From: Tubiluchus corallicola
Lineage: Eukaryota > Animalia > Priapulida
Assembly: GCA_030141605.1 (NCBI GenBank)
Contig: JAQGDQ010002409.1
Span: 1 to 64,000, forward strand
DNA length: 64,000 nucleotides
Direction of reading: 5' to 3'
The notes beneath the pieces were generated by a model. The model searched no databases and was not told the origin of the DNA. It was given only the letters and a program-made list of their open reading frames with translations. The translations under genes and the position numbers were made by a program. Below are positions 43,995 to 54,773 of the stretch, one piece after another; positions within the stretch are counted from its first letter, which is position 1; every line of letters begins with the position of its first letter.

Positions 43995-45899
43995 ATGAGC
44001 GAACAGATAAAGCACGAATGTGGTATTGCTATTATTAGATTATTGAAGCCTTTGGAGTATTATCAGGAGAAGTATGGTACGTGGCAGTACGGGTTTAAAA
44101 AACTTTATCTCTTAATGGAGAAACAGCACAATAGAGGACAAGATGGTGCTGGAATATTGGGTCTGAAACTGCATGCTAAGGCAGGAAAGCGATATATGCA
44201 CTACAAACGTTCAGTAGCTGCTAACCCTATTCAAGATGTTTTTGAAAAGGTGTACAATGAGTATGAAAGTTTAAAAAGAAAAACATCCTCTAAGTTCGAA
44301 GATATTAACTGGGTAAAGGAAAATCTTCCCTTTGTTTCGCAGTTGTATTTGGGACATTTACGCTATGGTACGTTTGGAAAGAATAATATAGGTTATGTGC
44401 ATCCTATTATTAGGAATAATAATTGGAGAACTAGGAGTTTGGCTATGGCAGGAAATTTTAACTTAACCAATGTAGATGAAATTTTTAAGGAGTTGTTAAA
44501 TGTAGGACAATCTCCTATTGACTTTGCTGATACGGTAACTGTTTTAGAAAATGTAGGGCATTTTTTGGATGAGGAAAATGATAATCTGCACAAAATATAC
44601 AAGGAACAAGGCTACTCTAAGAAACAAATTTCACCTCTTATTGAGAAAAATTTAGATTTGAAAAAGGTATTACGCCAAGCAAGCAGTCGTTGGGATGGAG
44701 GTTATGCTTTAGCAGGTGTGGTTGGTTATGGTGCTGCTTTTGTTATGCGAGATCCGTGGGGTATCAGACCTGCATTTTATTATAAGGACGATGAGGTGGT
44801 AGTGGTAGCTTCAGAACGTCCTGTAATACAAACAGTAATGAATGTGGATGTGGAAAGTATAAAGGAATTGGGAGCAGGTAATGTGGTAATTATAAGTCCT
44901 GAAGGAAAAGTAACGGAAGAAAATATAAGGAAAATTGAGGAACAAACACCTTGTTCATTTGAGCGAATATATTTTTCAAGAGGTAATGACAAAGATATTT
45001 ACAAGGAACGTAAGATGTTGGGCAATCTGCTTACTTCCTCTATACTTAAAGAAATAAATTATGATTTAGATAACACAGTATTTTCATATATTCCTAATAC
45101 GGCAGAACTGGCATTTTATGGTATGATAAAGGGAATACAAAATTACAATAATGTGTTAAAATTAGATAAGATAAAAAGGGCAAAAAATGATGCTGAAATA
45201 AAAAAAATAATAGATTTTGAGCCAAGATCGGAGAAGATTGCTATAAAGGATGCTAAGCTTAGAACTTTCATTTCAGGAGATGAGGGACGAAACGATTTAG
45301 TAGAGCATATATATGATACGTCATATGGTGTGGTGAGCCCTGATAAAGATAATTTGGTAGTACTGGATGATTCTATTGTAAGGGGAACTACACTGAAACA
45401 ATGTATACTAAGGATTCTGGGGCGTTTGAAACCAAAAAAAATTATTGTTGTATCTTCAGCTCCACAAATTCGCTATCCTGATTGTTATGGTATTGATATG
45501 GCTAAACTATCCGATTTTATTGCATTTCAAGCAGCTATTAGTTTGTTGAAAGAACGGGGTATGCAGCATATAATAGATGAAGTGTATAAGAATGCGAAGG
45601 AGCAAAATAAATTGCCTAAAGAAAAGGTAACAAATTTTGTGAAAAAAATTTATGAACCTTTTAGTTACGAGGAAATCTCACAAAAGATTGCAGAACTACT
45701 AAAACCAAAAGACCTTGATATAGAGGTGAAAGTAATCTACCAATCAGTAGAAAATTTGCATAAAGCCTGTCCAAAAAATAAAGGCGATTGGTATTTTACA
45801 GGTAATTATCCTACGGCAGGTGGAAATAAGGTAGTGATGAGTTCTTTTATTAACTTCATAGAAGGAAAGAATAAAAGAGGCTACCATATTGAAAATTAG
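43995..45899 (+). CDS. purF: Amidophosphoribosyltransferase (long Bacteroidota form)
   Basis: 'HECG', 'QHNRGQDGAG', 'GHLRYGT', 'DDSIVRGTT', 'YGIDM'. Confidence 0.9.
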   Translation: MSEQIKHECGIAIIRLLKPLEYYQEKYGTWQYGFKKLYLLMEKQHNRGQDGAGILGLKLHAKAGKRYMHYKRSVAANPIQDVFEKVYNEYESLKRKTSSKFEDINWVKENLPFVSQLYLGHLRYGTFGKNNIGYVHPIIRNNNWRTRSLAMAGNFNLTNVDEIFKELLNVGQSPIDFADTVTVLENVGHFLDEENDNLHKIYKEQGYSKKQISPLIEKNLDLKKVLRQASSRWDGGYALAGVVGYGAAFVMRDPWGIRPAFYYKDDEVVVVASERPVIQTVMNVDVESIKELGAGNVVIISPEGKVTEENIRKIEEQTPCSFERIYFSRGNDKDIYKERKMLGNLLTSSILKEINYDLDNTVFSYIPNTAELAFYGMIKGIQNYNNVLKLDKIKRAKNDAEIKKIIDFEPRSEKIAIKDAKLRTFISGDEGRNDLVEHIYDTSYGVVSPDKDNLVVLDDSIVRGTTLKQCILRILGRLKPKKIIVVSSAPQIRYPDCYGIDMAKLSDFIAFQAAISLLKERGMQHIIDEVYKNAKEQNKLPKEKVTNFVKKIYEPFSYEEISQKIAELLKPKDLDIEVKVIYQSVENLHKACPKNKGDWYFTGNYPTAGGNKVVMSSFINFIEGKNKRGYHIEN

Positions 45900-45957
45900 A
45901 ACTTAGGAAATTTAAGCTTATTTTTGTTGTTGCTCTATTAGCTACCAAAATAAAAGT

Positions 45958-48459
45958 TTATGCTATTTCTCCTTTTTGTTTTTTTACTATCTCAAGTTTT
46001 AATTCTTTTTTTCGACTATCATATCCTATTTTTATAACATCTCCTTTTTTCAAATTGGATGATAAGATTATATCTGCCATTTCATCTTCTACGTATTTTT
46101 GGATAGCTCTTTTTAATGGTCTTGCACCCAGCTTGCTGTCATATCCTTTATCGATGATAAATTCTTTTGCTTTGGCTGTTATTTTCATTGTATAGCCCAT
46201 TTGTGTTATTCGCTGATACAACCCTTCCATTTCTATATCTATTATCTCGTGTATATCTTCTTTGGTTAATTGGTTAAATATAATAATATCATCTACCCTG
46301 TTTAAAAACTCAGGAGCAAATGCTTTTTTCAAAGCTTTTTGAATAATTCCCTTTGCTCTATCCTCTTCAGAATCATATCCCTTTCTGTTTGCGGCAAAGC
46401 CTATTCCTTGTCCAAAATCTTCTAACTGCCGCGTGCCAATGTTAGAGGTCATTATGATAATGGTATTTTTAAAATCGACTTTACGTCCTAAACTATCAGT
46501 AATATGCCCTTCATCTAATACTTGCAAAAGCAAATTAAAAACATCGGGGTGTGCTTTCTCTACTTCGTCTAAAAGTACTACAGAGTAAGGTTTTCTCCTT
46601 ACTTTCTCGGTTAGCTGCCCTCCTTCTTCATAGCCTACATATCCCGGAGGCGCTCCTACCAAACGAGATACAGAAAACTTTTCCATATATTCACTCATAT
46701 CTATACGTATAAGAGCGTCTACAGAATCAAAAAGATATTCTGTGAGTACTTTTGCTAGTCGAGTTTTGCCCACACCTGTTTGCCCTAAGAAAATAAATGA
46801 GCCAATAGGTCTTTTAGGGTCTTTCAAGCCTATTCTATTTCTTTTTATGGCTTTTACGACTTTATCCACAGCATTTTCCTGTCCTATTATTCTGGAAGTG
46901 AGTTTTTTCTTCATTTTCACTAGGCGCTCGCTTTCTGCTTCTGCAATTCGCTGTATTGGTACTCCTGACATCATAGATACTACCTCTGCTATTTTTTCTT
47001 CTGTAACAGGTTCTCTATTTTTGCTTAATTCTTTTTCCCATTCTTTTTTTGCTACATTCAACTGTGCTATTAGGGTTTTTTCTTTATCTCTAAAATTAGC
47101 TGCTAGTTCAAAGTCTTGATTTTTTACTGCGGCCATTTTGTGAAATTTTACTTTCTCTATTTCTCCTTCTATTTTTAATATGTTTTTTGGTACTTTTATG
47201 TTGGATATATGTACTCTTGCACCTGATTCATCCAAAGCATCAATAGCTTTGTCGGGAAGATGTCTATCGCTTATATATCTAGAAGTAAGTTTCACACAGG
47301 ATTCTATTGCTTTCTCTGAATAGCTTACATTGTGATGGTCTTCGTACCTGTCTTTAATATTGTTCAATATGATAATTGTTTCTTCTTCGGTAGTAGGTTC
47401 TATCATTATTTTTTGAAAACGTCTTTCTAAGGCACCATCTTTCTCTATGTACTGTCGGTATTCGTCCAATGTTGTAGCCCCAATACATTGTACTTCGCCT
47501 CTGGCGAGGAAGGGTTTTAGCATATTGGCAGCGTCTAATGAACCTGTGGTCCCTCCTGCTCCTACTATGGTGTGTATTTCATCTATAAACAATATTACAT
47601 TGTTGGTTTGAGAAAGTTCATTGAGGATGGCTTTCATACGTTCTTCAAACTGTCCTCTATATTTTGTTCCTGCCACTATGGAAGCAAGGTCTAATATCAC
47701 TACTCGTTTGCTAAACAATACGCGAGGTACTTTTTTTTGTATTATTCGCATTGCTAGTCCTTCTGCTATGGCAGATTTACCTACGCCCGGTTCCCCTATC
47801 AAAACAGGGTTGTTTTTCTTGCGTCTGCTAAGTATTTGAGCTAGTCGTTCTATTTCTTTTTGTCTTCCTACTATGGTGTCCAATTTTTTTTCTGCTGCTG
47901 CTTTGGTAATGTCTATTCCAAAGTTGTCTAGCACAGGCGTATCCGTAGTGTTTGCTCCTTTTTTTGTTTTTCTTTTGCTTTCTTCCTCTCCTCTTAGGCT
48001 TCCTCCTTCTTCTGGGTTGTCTATGGCACTTTTTATTTCTAGTTGTTTTTTTACTTTCTGATAATCTATACCCAACTGAGACAAAATTTCTATAATGGAC
48101 TTAACTTCTCTAAGTAAGGCAAGGAGTAGATGTGAGGTGCCTGCTACACTTTTTTGAAGAATTTTTGCTTCAAGGTTGGTAAGTTTCAAGATTCTTTTTG
48201 CTTCTTTCGTAAATTGAAGCTCGTCGAGGTTAGGATTCAATTGAAAAGATCTAGATCTTAGTTTATCTTCTATCTGATATTTTATGTCTTTTATATCTAT
48301 TTCAAGCGATTTGAGAAGTAGTGTTGCTTTACTGTTTTTTTCTCTTAATAGTGCTAGAAATAAATGTTCTTCGTTTACATAATCATTTCCTAACCTTCCT
48401 GCTTCTTCCTTGCTGAATAGCAATATATCTTGCATTGTGGAAGAAAGTTTTATTTTCAT
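45958..48459 (-). CDS. clpC: ATP-dependent Clp protease ATP-binding subunit ClpC
   Basis: Clp-N repeats, 'GEPGVGKS', UVR-like middle domain, 'GQTGVGKT', 'IGF' loop, 'GARPLKR'. Confidence 0.95.
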   Translation of the reverse strand: MKIKLSSTMQDILLFSKEEAGRLGNDYVNEEHLFLALLREKNSKATLLLKSLEIDIKDIKYQIEDKLRSRSFQLNPNLDELQFTKEAKRILKLTNLEAKILQKSVAGTSHLLLALLREVKSIIEILSQLGIDYQKVKKQLEIKSAIDNPEEGGSLRGEEESKRKTKKGANTTDTPVLDNFGIDITKAAAEKKLDTIVGRQKEIERLAQILSRRKKNNPVLIGEPGVGKSAIAEGLAMRIIQKKVPRVLFSKRVVILDLASIVAGTKYRGQFEERMKAILNELSQTNNVILFIDEIHTIVGAGGTTGSLDAANMLKPFLARGEVQCIGATTLDEYRQYIEKDGALERRFQKIMIEPTTEEETIIILNNIKDRYEDHHNVSYSEKAIESCVKLTSRYISDRHLPDKAIDALDESGARVHISNIKVPKNILKIEGEIEKVKFHKMAAVKNQDFELAANFRDKEKTLIAQLNVAKKEWEKELSKNREPVTEEKIAEVVSMMSGVPIQRIAEAESERLVKMKKKLTSRIIGQENAVDKVVKAIKRNRIGLKDPKRPIGSFIFLGQTGVGKTRLAKVLTEYLFDSVDALIRIDMSEYMEKFSVSRLVGAPPGYVGYEEGGQLTEKVRRKPYSVVLLDEVEKAHPDVFNLLLQVLDEGHITDSLGRKVDFKNTIIIMTSNIGTRQLEDFGQGIGFAANRKGYDSEEDRAKGIIQKALKKAFAPEFLNRVDDIIIFNQLTKEDIHEIIDIEMEGLYQRITQMGYTMKITAKAKEFIIDKGYDSKLGARPLKRAIQKYVEDEMADIILSSNLKKGDVIKIGYDSRKKELKLEIVKKQKGEIA

Positions 48460-48953
48460 AGTACTCTTTTTTACTATTATATTATTTATAACAAAAATAT
48501 AATTTTTTGTTTATAGACAGCAAATCTATTGTTGTTTTTTTGATATATTGCATTTAACTATCTATTTTAAGTATTAGGCATTTTCTAATGCTTCTATCTA
48601 ATTTCTTGTATTTACAGTTTTATTTGAAAAATTTTAAGTAGCAACTAAACAACGGCACAATAAATAAAAAAGTATTGATTATTAACATATTTAAATTCTT
48701 ATGATTGTTATTATGTGGCAACTATTTTTTTAGTTTCTCTCACTATGCAAGTTATCAGTTTGAGTATGTTGCAAACTATGTAATTATTGTCTTTTTTTGT
48801 ATGATTGTTGTTTTGTATTGTTTTGTTTATTTGATATATAACACAAATTTTATACTTATTTTTGCAGGTATTGTTTTAGAAAACCTTATTGGAGGTTGAT
48901 TATGAAGTAATGTATTATAATTTACTATATTATTTTTTTAAATATACATACAG

Positions 48954-49727
48954 ATGAATTTAGATTTGAAAAATCCTTTGACATTTATTGATTTGGAAAC
49001 TACGGGGATAGATGTAATTAAGGATAGAATTGTAGAGATGACTATGTTGAAGGTGTACCCTGATGGAAAGGAAAAGATAAAAACTTACAAAATAAATCCT
49101 ACAATACCTATTCCTATCGAGGCTTCTAAGATACATGGTATATACGATAAGGATGTGAAGGAGTCTCCTACTTTTAAGGAGGTAGGGAAAACAGTTGCTA
49201 ACTTTATAAAAGGATGTGATTTAGCAGGTTATAATTCTAATAGATTTGATTTTCCTCTCTTGGCAGAAGAATTTCTTAGGGCTGATGTTGATTTTGATAT
49301 GAAGGGAAGAAAGTTTGTAGATGTGCAAACTATTTTTCACAAAATGGAGCAAAGAACTTTGGCTGCGGCTGTGAGATTTTATTGTAACAAGGAGCTAGAG
49401 GATGCCCATAGTTCAGAGGCTGATACTATTGCTACTTATGAGGTTTTGAAAGGACAGTTGGATAGGTATTCTAGTTTGAAAAATGATATTGATTTTTTAG
49501 CTGATTTTTCTACTCAAAATCGCAGTGCAGATTTTGCGGGTAGAATAGTTTACAATAAGGATGGAGTAGAGGTTTTTAATTTTGGAAAAAATAAGGGTGT
49601 TACTGTAGAGGAAGTTTTTGAGAAACAAAAAGGGTATTACGAGTGGATGATGAGTCAAGATTTTCCTCTTTATACGAAAAAGGTTCTGACGGCTATAAAG
49701 TTAAGAATGAAGGATAAAAAGAAGTAA
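48954..49727 (+). CDS. DEDDh 3'-5' exonuclease (DNA polymerase III epsilon-like)
   Basis: 'FIDLETTG', 'YNSNRFD', 'HSSEAD', 'FNFGK'. -7 box TATTTTTG at 48857-48864. Confidence 0.9.
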   Translation: MNLDLKNPLTFIDLETTGIDVIKDRIVEMTMLKVYPDGKEKIKTYKINPTIPIPIEASKIHGIYDKDVKESPTFKEVGKTVANFIKGCDLAGYNSNRFDFPLLAEEFLRADVDFDMKGRKFVDVQTIFHKMEQRTLAAAVRFYCNKELEDAHSSEADTIATYEVLKGQLDRYSSLKNDIDFLADFSTQNRSADFAGRIVYNKDGVEVFNFGKNKGVTVEEVFEKQKGYYEWMMSQDFPLYTKKVLTAIKLRMKDKKK

Positions 49728-49731
49728 AAGG

Positions 49732-50337
49732 ATGAAGTTAGTTTTTATAGAACAGGGTTGCTCGTATAAAAATAAATTTCCGAATATTCCAAATGATCTA
49801 TCAATCTTTACTAAGCCTGATACAGCTTTGTTGAGAAATAATGAAGATTTTTATGTGCCTCAATTTACAAAAGAAATTGTATGTAAGTTGAAATTTGCTG
49901 TAAGGATAAACAAAATAGGCAAACATATTGAAACTAAGTTTACTCGCAACTATTATGAGGAAATAGGTATTGGGGTAGAATTTTTAGCTAATGATAGATT
50001 ACGAGAAATAAAAGAACAGGGTGGAGCTTGGGATACAGCTAATGCTTTTGACCGCTCTACGGCTATTAGTCGTTTTTTATCTAAAAACGATTTTAAAGAT
50101 TTAGATGCTCTTAGTTTTCAACTGCATAGAAATAGTGTATTGATAGAGGATAATAATACAAGCGATTTTATACATTCTATTGATAATATCATTGCTTATG
50201 CTTCGCAGTTTTTTACATTAAAAATAGGAGATATTGTTTTTATAAGCAGTTATATAGAGGGTCAGCAAATAAAAATAGAAGATAGCTTATCTTGTAATAT
50301 TCAGGATAAAGTATTACTTAATTTTTGCATTCAATAA
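49732..50337 (+). CDS. Fumarylacetoacetate hydrolase family protein, degenerate active site
   Basis: 'IF.KPDTALL', 'AFDRS', 'FFTLKIGD', but metal-ligand positions are substituted. Confidence 0.78.
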   Translation: MKLVFIEQGCSYKNKFPNIPNDLSIFTKPDTALLRNNEDFYVPQFTKEIVCKLKFAVRINKIGKHIETKFTRNYYEEIGIGVEFLANDRLREIKEQGGAWDTANAFDRSTAISRFLSKNDFKDLDALSFQLHRNSVLIEDNNTSDFIHSIDNIIAYASQFFTLKIGDIVFISSYIEGQQIKIEDSLSCNIQDKVLLNFCIQ

Positions 50338-50352
50338 AATTCTTTATCCCCC

Positions 50353-52293
50353 TTAATTTCTTCCATATTTTTTTATTATACTATAAGCTTGACTTAACCC
50401 TAATTCGGCAGATTTGCTAAGGTCTGTATTAGCTTTCTTTTTTTGATTTAATATCAATTGTATAATACCTCTATTGTAGTAGGCTTCTGCAAAGTCTGGG
50501 TTTGCATTGATGGCAAAAGTATAATTGAGCAGAGATTCTTCATACTTTTGCGATTTACTAAGCACATTGGCTTTATTGTAATAGGTAATGTAAAGTTGGT
50601 GAATATTAATATCATCAATAAGTTGCTCATATAGCTCAATTGCTTCGGTATAATCTATAATGGCAACTGTAGATGAAGTGCTAAATGAATTGATATACTC
50701 GTTCATCTCAACTATAGTGTTAGCTTTGTTAAGTAGTGCTATGTAATTTTGAGGTGTTTGAGCGAGCAATGTATCGTAATGGCTAATAGCTTGCACGTAA
50801 TTATGCTTTTCTGCTTGTAGCAATGCTTGTTTTATGTGCTTTAGAACGAAGTTTGCTTCATTTTTCTGTATTTGTTCTATCTGTCTGCTGATTTCTTTTT
50901 CTGTATTTTCTTTCAGCTTGTTTGTGATATAAAGAGGATGTTTGGTTTTTGTTTGGCGGTTGATGTTTTCTATGATCTCAGAATAATGTTGTGTGCCTTG
51001 GAGTGTTTTTTTATCTGTTTCATAACTGATGTAAAAATTTTTCTCTAATGTAACTGGCACATCCTGATACTGTATGCGTCCGTCTTTTATTGCTTTTTCT
51101 TTGTCTATACCATAATCCGGAAAGTCAAACTCTATATATTTTTCAAGGTTGCTTGCAGTATCAGTAAGGGCAAAGTATTTACTTTGTTGCTTAGTTCTTA
51201 TTTCATTGTATCTTCTTTCAGCTTCTTCTTTGTCTTCTATTGCTCCCGCATGATCATTTATGTTTTTTTTGGCAGATGCCCTCGCTTCATAAGCGTGAGT
51301 GAAATAAGGAAATATGTCTATGGCTTTGCTAAAATCTTCTATGGCTTGATAGTAATTTTCTGTTCGAAGTTTTAATAAACCTCGGTTATAATATATAAGA
51401 ATATTTTGAGGATTGATTTCTGCTGCTTTATTAAAATTTTCAAGAGCATTACGGGTATCTCCCATTTCTTGGTAGAGCAAGGCTTTGTTGAAGTAGGCAA
51501 GTGGATTTTCTGGCTCAATTTCCAACATTTTATTGTAATCTTCCATTGCTTTTGAATATAGTTTCTTTTTGGCATAGGTTAAAGCTCTAAAATTGTAGGT
51601 GTGTGTGTTTTTAGGATTGATAAGTAGTACTTTTTCAAAATTTTCTAAGGCTTCGTCGTATTGCTCCAGTTGATATTGTGTTACTCCTTTACCATGTATA
51701 GCATCGCTGTGCATTGGGTTAAGGTCTATAGCTTTGCTAAATTCCTGCAATGCTTCTACGTAGTTTTTCTTTTGGTTTTTAATGATACCAAGATAGTAAT
51801 GTGCTTCGTAATTGCTCTCGTTATTGGTTATTTCTTTTTCTGCAGCTATTTCAGCTTCTGGGTATTGTTTCAGCTCTATGTGTGCAATAGCTTTACTAAG
51901 AAGTAGCCCACTGTTTTTAGGGTCTGTTTTTAAACCTTGTTCAAAATCCTTTAAGGCTTGCAAGTATTCTTTTTGTTGTAGCTTTATAGTGCCTCGGTAA
52001 AATAGTGCTTCTGCAAGGTAGGGTTTTATTTGCAGCACCTTGTTGAAGTCTTGTTCTGCTCCTATATAATCACCAAGGTTGAACTTAGCAATTCCTCTGT
52101 AAAGATAGGGTTCTGCAAGGTAGGGTTTTAATTTTATAACAGTATTGGCTCTTTTAATGGCTTCAGGATAGTTCTTAAAATAAATTTCGTTACGGGCAAG
52201 AATGAGGTAACGGTTCATATTAAACTGCGAATAAACAGACTGGTAGCAAAGAAAGAGTAGTAATATTATTATGAGCAGCTTTGCTTTTTTCAT
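50353..52293 (-). CDS. Multi-TPR protein with signal peptide
   Basis: More than 10 TPR units (e.g. 'AEAYYNRG'). -7 box at 52298-52305. Confidence 0.9.
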   Translation of the reverse strand: MKKAKLLIIILLLFLCYQSVYSQFNMNRYLILARNEIYFKNYPEAIKRANTVIKLKPYLAEPYLYRGIAKFNLGDYIGAEQDFNKVLQIKPYLAEALFYRGTIKLQQKEYLQALKDFEQGLKTDPKNSGLLLSKAIAHIELKQYPEAEIAAEKEITNNESNYEAHYYLGIIKNQKKNYVEALQEFSKAIDLNPMHSDAIHGKGVTQYQLEQYDEALENFEKVLLINPKNTHTYNFRALTYAKKKLYSKAMEDYNKMLEIEPENPLAYFNKALLYQEMGDTRNALENFNKAAEINPQNILIYYNRGLLKLRTENYYQAIEDFSKAIDIFPYFTHAYEARASAKKNINDHAGAIEDKEEAERRYNEIRTKQQSKYFALTDTASNLEKYIEFDFPDYGIDKEKAIKDGRIQYQDVPVTLEKNFYISYETDKKTLQGTQHYSEIIENINRQTKTKHPLYITNKLKENTEKEISRQIEQIQKNEANFVLKHIKQALLQAEKHNYVQAISHYDTLLAQTPQNYIALLNKANTIVEMNEYINSFSTSSTVAIIDYTEAIELYEQLIDDINIHQLYITYYNKANVLSKSQKYEESLLNYTFAINANPDFAEAYYNRGIIQLILNQKKKANTDLSKSAELGLSQAYSIIKKYGRN

Positions 52294-52441
52294 TCTGCAA
52301 ATTTAGTGAAAAAATAGAAAAATATTTGTTAATATCTAAAAATGTAAATTTATTTAGTTAGGTAATTCACTTTAGAAGTGTATCCTAAATATAACTAATC
52401 TTCTTATTATATTTTGTAACTTGCACTGGTAAATTGAAGTT

Positions 52442-53686
52442 ATGATTGATTTTCTGTTGGATTATTTAATTGGTTTGTTTCATTTATTGAATGAAATGTC
52501 TCCTTATCTGTTATTGGGTTTATTGGTGGCGGGTGTATTATATGTGTATTTTCCAAAGCAAAAGGTGTATCGTTATTTAGGCAATAGGGACAAATTAGCT
52601 CCATTAAAAGCTTCATTGTTTGGTATTCCTTTGCCTTTATGCTCCTGTGGGGTGATACCTACGGGAATTTCTATTTATAAAAATGGAGCTTCCAAAGGGG
52701 CTTCTGTATCGTTTTTAATTTCTACGCCACAAACAGGTGTAGATTCCATTTTAGTTACTTATTCTCTGTTGGGTTTACCTTTTGCTTTGTTACGTCCTTT
52801 CATCGCTTTATTTACAGGAGTATTTGGGGGCGTATTGGTGAACAAGTTTGTGGGGCAAGAGGAAAGCGGTATTAAACAGGAACTTAAAGATGAAGGTAGA
52901 AAAGATATTAATAAAAATAAGTTGAGAACCATATTGACTTATTCGTTTATAGATTTTTTGCAGGATATTTACAAGTGGTTGATTATTGGTATTTTATTAG
53001 CGGGTGTTATTTCTATGGCTATTCCTGATGAGTTTTTCAGTAAATATACAGGTGAAGGTGTGATGGGTATGCTGATGATGCTGGTTCTATCTACTCCGTT
53101 GTATGTGTGTGCTACGGCTTCTGTTCCGATTGCTGCTGCTTTGATGGTAAAAGGAGTGTCGGCAGGTGCAGTATTAGTTTTTTTAATGGCAGGTCCTGCT
53201 ACAAATGTGGCTACAATGGTTGTGATTTATAAAGCCTTGGGCAAAAAAACTTTGCTATGGTATATGGTTTCTATTGTTGGTGGTGCATTTTTGTTTGGGT
53301 GCTTGATTGATACATTGCTGCCTAAGGAGTGGTTTACATTGAGTACTGGGAATGTAGAACCTCATATACATTCTACGTGGTTTTGGTTGCAGACATTATG
53401 CTCTATAATATTGATAGGGGCTATGGGAAATATTTTCTTCAGAAAGTTGTTGATAAGGAAAAGAAGCAAAATTAAAAATAATGATATGAGAACTGTGGTA
53501 TTTGTAGATGGTATGACTTGTAATGGCTGTAAGGAAAATGTTGAGCAAGGTATTAAAGGGTTGAAGGATGTGAAGTTAGTAGAAGTAAATTTGAGCAATG
53601 GAGAAGTAGTTATCGAAGGTGAGAATGTAGATATAAAGCAAGTAGAAAAGGTAATAGAAGGTTTAGGGTATAGTATAAAAAAATAA
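52442..53686 (+). CDS. SO_0444/ArsP-type permease with C-terminal HMA domain
   Basis: 'PLCSCG', 'STPQTGVDS', 'YVCATAS', 'GPATN', HMA motif 'GMTCNGC'. Confidence 0.88.
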   Translation: MIDFLLDYLIGLFHLLNEMSPYLLLGLLVAGVLYVYFPKQKVYRYLGNRDKLAPLKASLFGIPLPLCSCGVIPTGISIYKNGASKGASVSFLISTPQTGVDSILVTYSLLGLPFALLRPFIALFTGVFGGVLVNKFVGQEESGIKQELKDEGRKDINKNKLRTILTYSFIDFLQDIYKWLIIGILLAGVISMAIPDEFFSKYTGEGVMGMLMMLVLSTPLYVCATASVPIAAALMVKGVSAGAVLVFLMAGPATNVATMVVIYKALGKKTLLWYMVSIVGGAFLFGCLIDTLLPKEWFTLSTGNVEPHIHSTWFWLQTLCSIILIGAMGNIFFRKLLIRKRSKIKNNDMRTVVFVDGMTCNGCKENVEQGIKGLKDVKLVEVNLSNGEVVIEGENVDIKQVEKVIEGLGYSIKK

Positions 53687-53729
53687 AAGTTGAAAATGTT
53701 TGTTTTTGGGCTATGTTTCTTAAAAATTC

Positions 53730-54773
53730 TTAATTTTCAATTCTTCCCCAGTTTTGTTTTTTCACCCACTCTACTACAAATTTTGCATTTTCATAGGGTA
53801 TATCGGGTGGGAAGCCGTGTCCAAAGTTGAATATCCAATTATGGTTTTCCTTTCCAAATTTCAAATATACTTGTAGCATCTTTTCTATCTGTTGTTTGTC
53901 GGCATAAAGCCATCTTGGGTCTAAATTACCTTGCAACGAAATGTTAGAAGGGATGTTTTTCCTTGCCTCTATTAGTGAGGTTTGCCAGTCTATACTGATA
54001 CAGTCAGCAATATTATTATCCAGTTGGTATATCCCTGTTCCTAGTCCTTTAGGAAAATAGATAGTGGGAATACCTTGTTTTCTTACTGCTTCAGAGATTT
54101 TTTTAATATTTGGCAGGATGTATTGCAAGTAAAATGTTTGAGGTAACAAGTCGGCGTGAGATTCAAATATTTGAAAAACTTCTATTCCGTGTTTTATCTG
54201 AGATTGGGCATATTGTATAGAGACTTCTGTTATTTTATCTAGTATTTTTAGTGATAGTTCGGTGTTTTGGTAAAGCATCTTTACGGCATCAGGAAAGTTG
54301 GCTCTCCCACTTATGCCTTGAACCATATAGCAAAAAGTGGTGAGGGGAGCTCCACAAAAACCTATAAGTGGTATATTTTTAGGTTTCTCTTTCACTATTT
54401 GCTCTATAGCTTGGTAGATATGTAAAAGTTTTTCTTCGTTGAATTGCAAAGCTGCTAAGGGGTTTGCATTATCTTTCAAAGGCTTAGAGAATACAGGGCC
54501 TTTGTTTGTAAATTTTAGTTCCATCCCCATTGCCTCAGGTATTACTAATATATCGGAAAAAAGTATAGCTGCATCTACACCTAAGTCGTTGATGGGTAAG
54601 AGGGTAACTTTTGTAGCCAGTTCGGGCGTTTTCATCAATTGTTCAAAAGTATATTTTTGCCTCAATTTTCTATACGAATGTAGTACCCTGCCGGCTTGCC
54701 TCATAAACCATACGGGGGGACGTTTTTGTTTTTTCCCTCTTATAGCATCAGTTAGCAGATAGTTCATCATCAA
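53730..54773 (-). CDS. hemE: Uroporphyrinogen decarboxylase
   Basis: 'PVWFMRQAGR', 'DAAILFSDIL', 'QGNLDP', 'FNFGHG'. Confidence 0.95.
   Translation of the reverse strand: MMMNYLLTDAIRGKKQKRPPVWFMRQAGRVLHSYRKLRQKYTFEQLMKTPELATKVTLLPINDLGVDAAILFSDILVIPEAMGMELKFTNKGPVFSKPLKDNANPLAALQFNEEKLLHIYQAIEQIVKEKPKNIPLIGFCGAPLTTFCYMVQGISGRANFPDAVKMLYQNTELSLKILDKITEVSIQYAQSQIKHGIEVFQIFESHADLLPQTFYLQYILPNIKKISEAVRKQGIPTIYFPKGLGTGIYQLDNNIADCISIDWQTSLIEARKNIPSNISLQGNLDPRWLYADKQQIEKMLQVYLKFGKENHNWIFNFGHGFPPDIPYENAKFVVEWVKKQNWGRIEN

Noticed and set aside
48705-48899. 64-aa hydrophobic ORF as possible small membrane protein or toxin
   Set aside because: Hydrophobicity follows from T-rich intergenic DNA; TTG start; contains the -7 box of the next gene.
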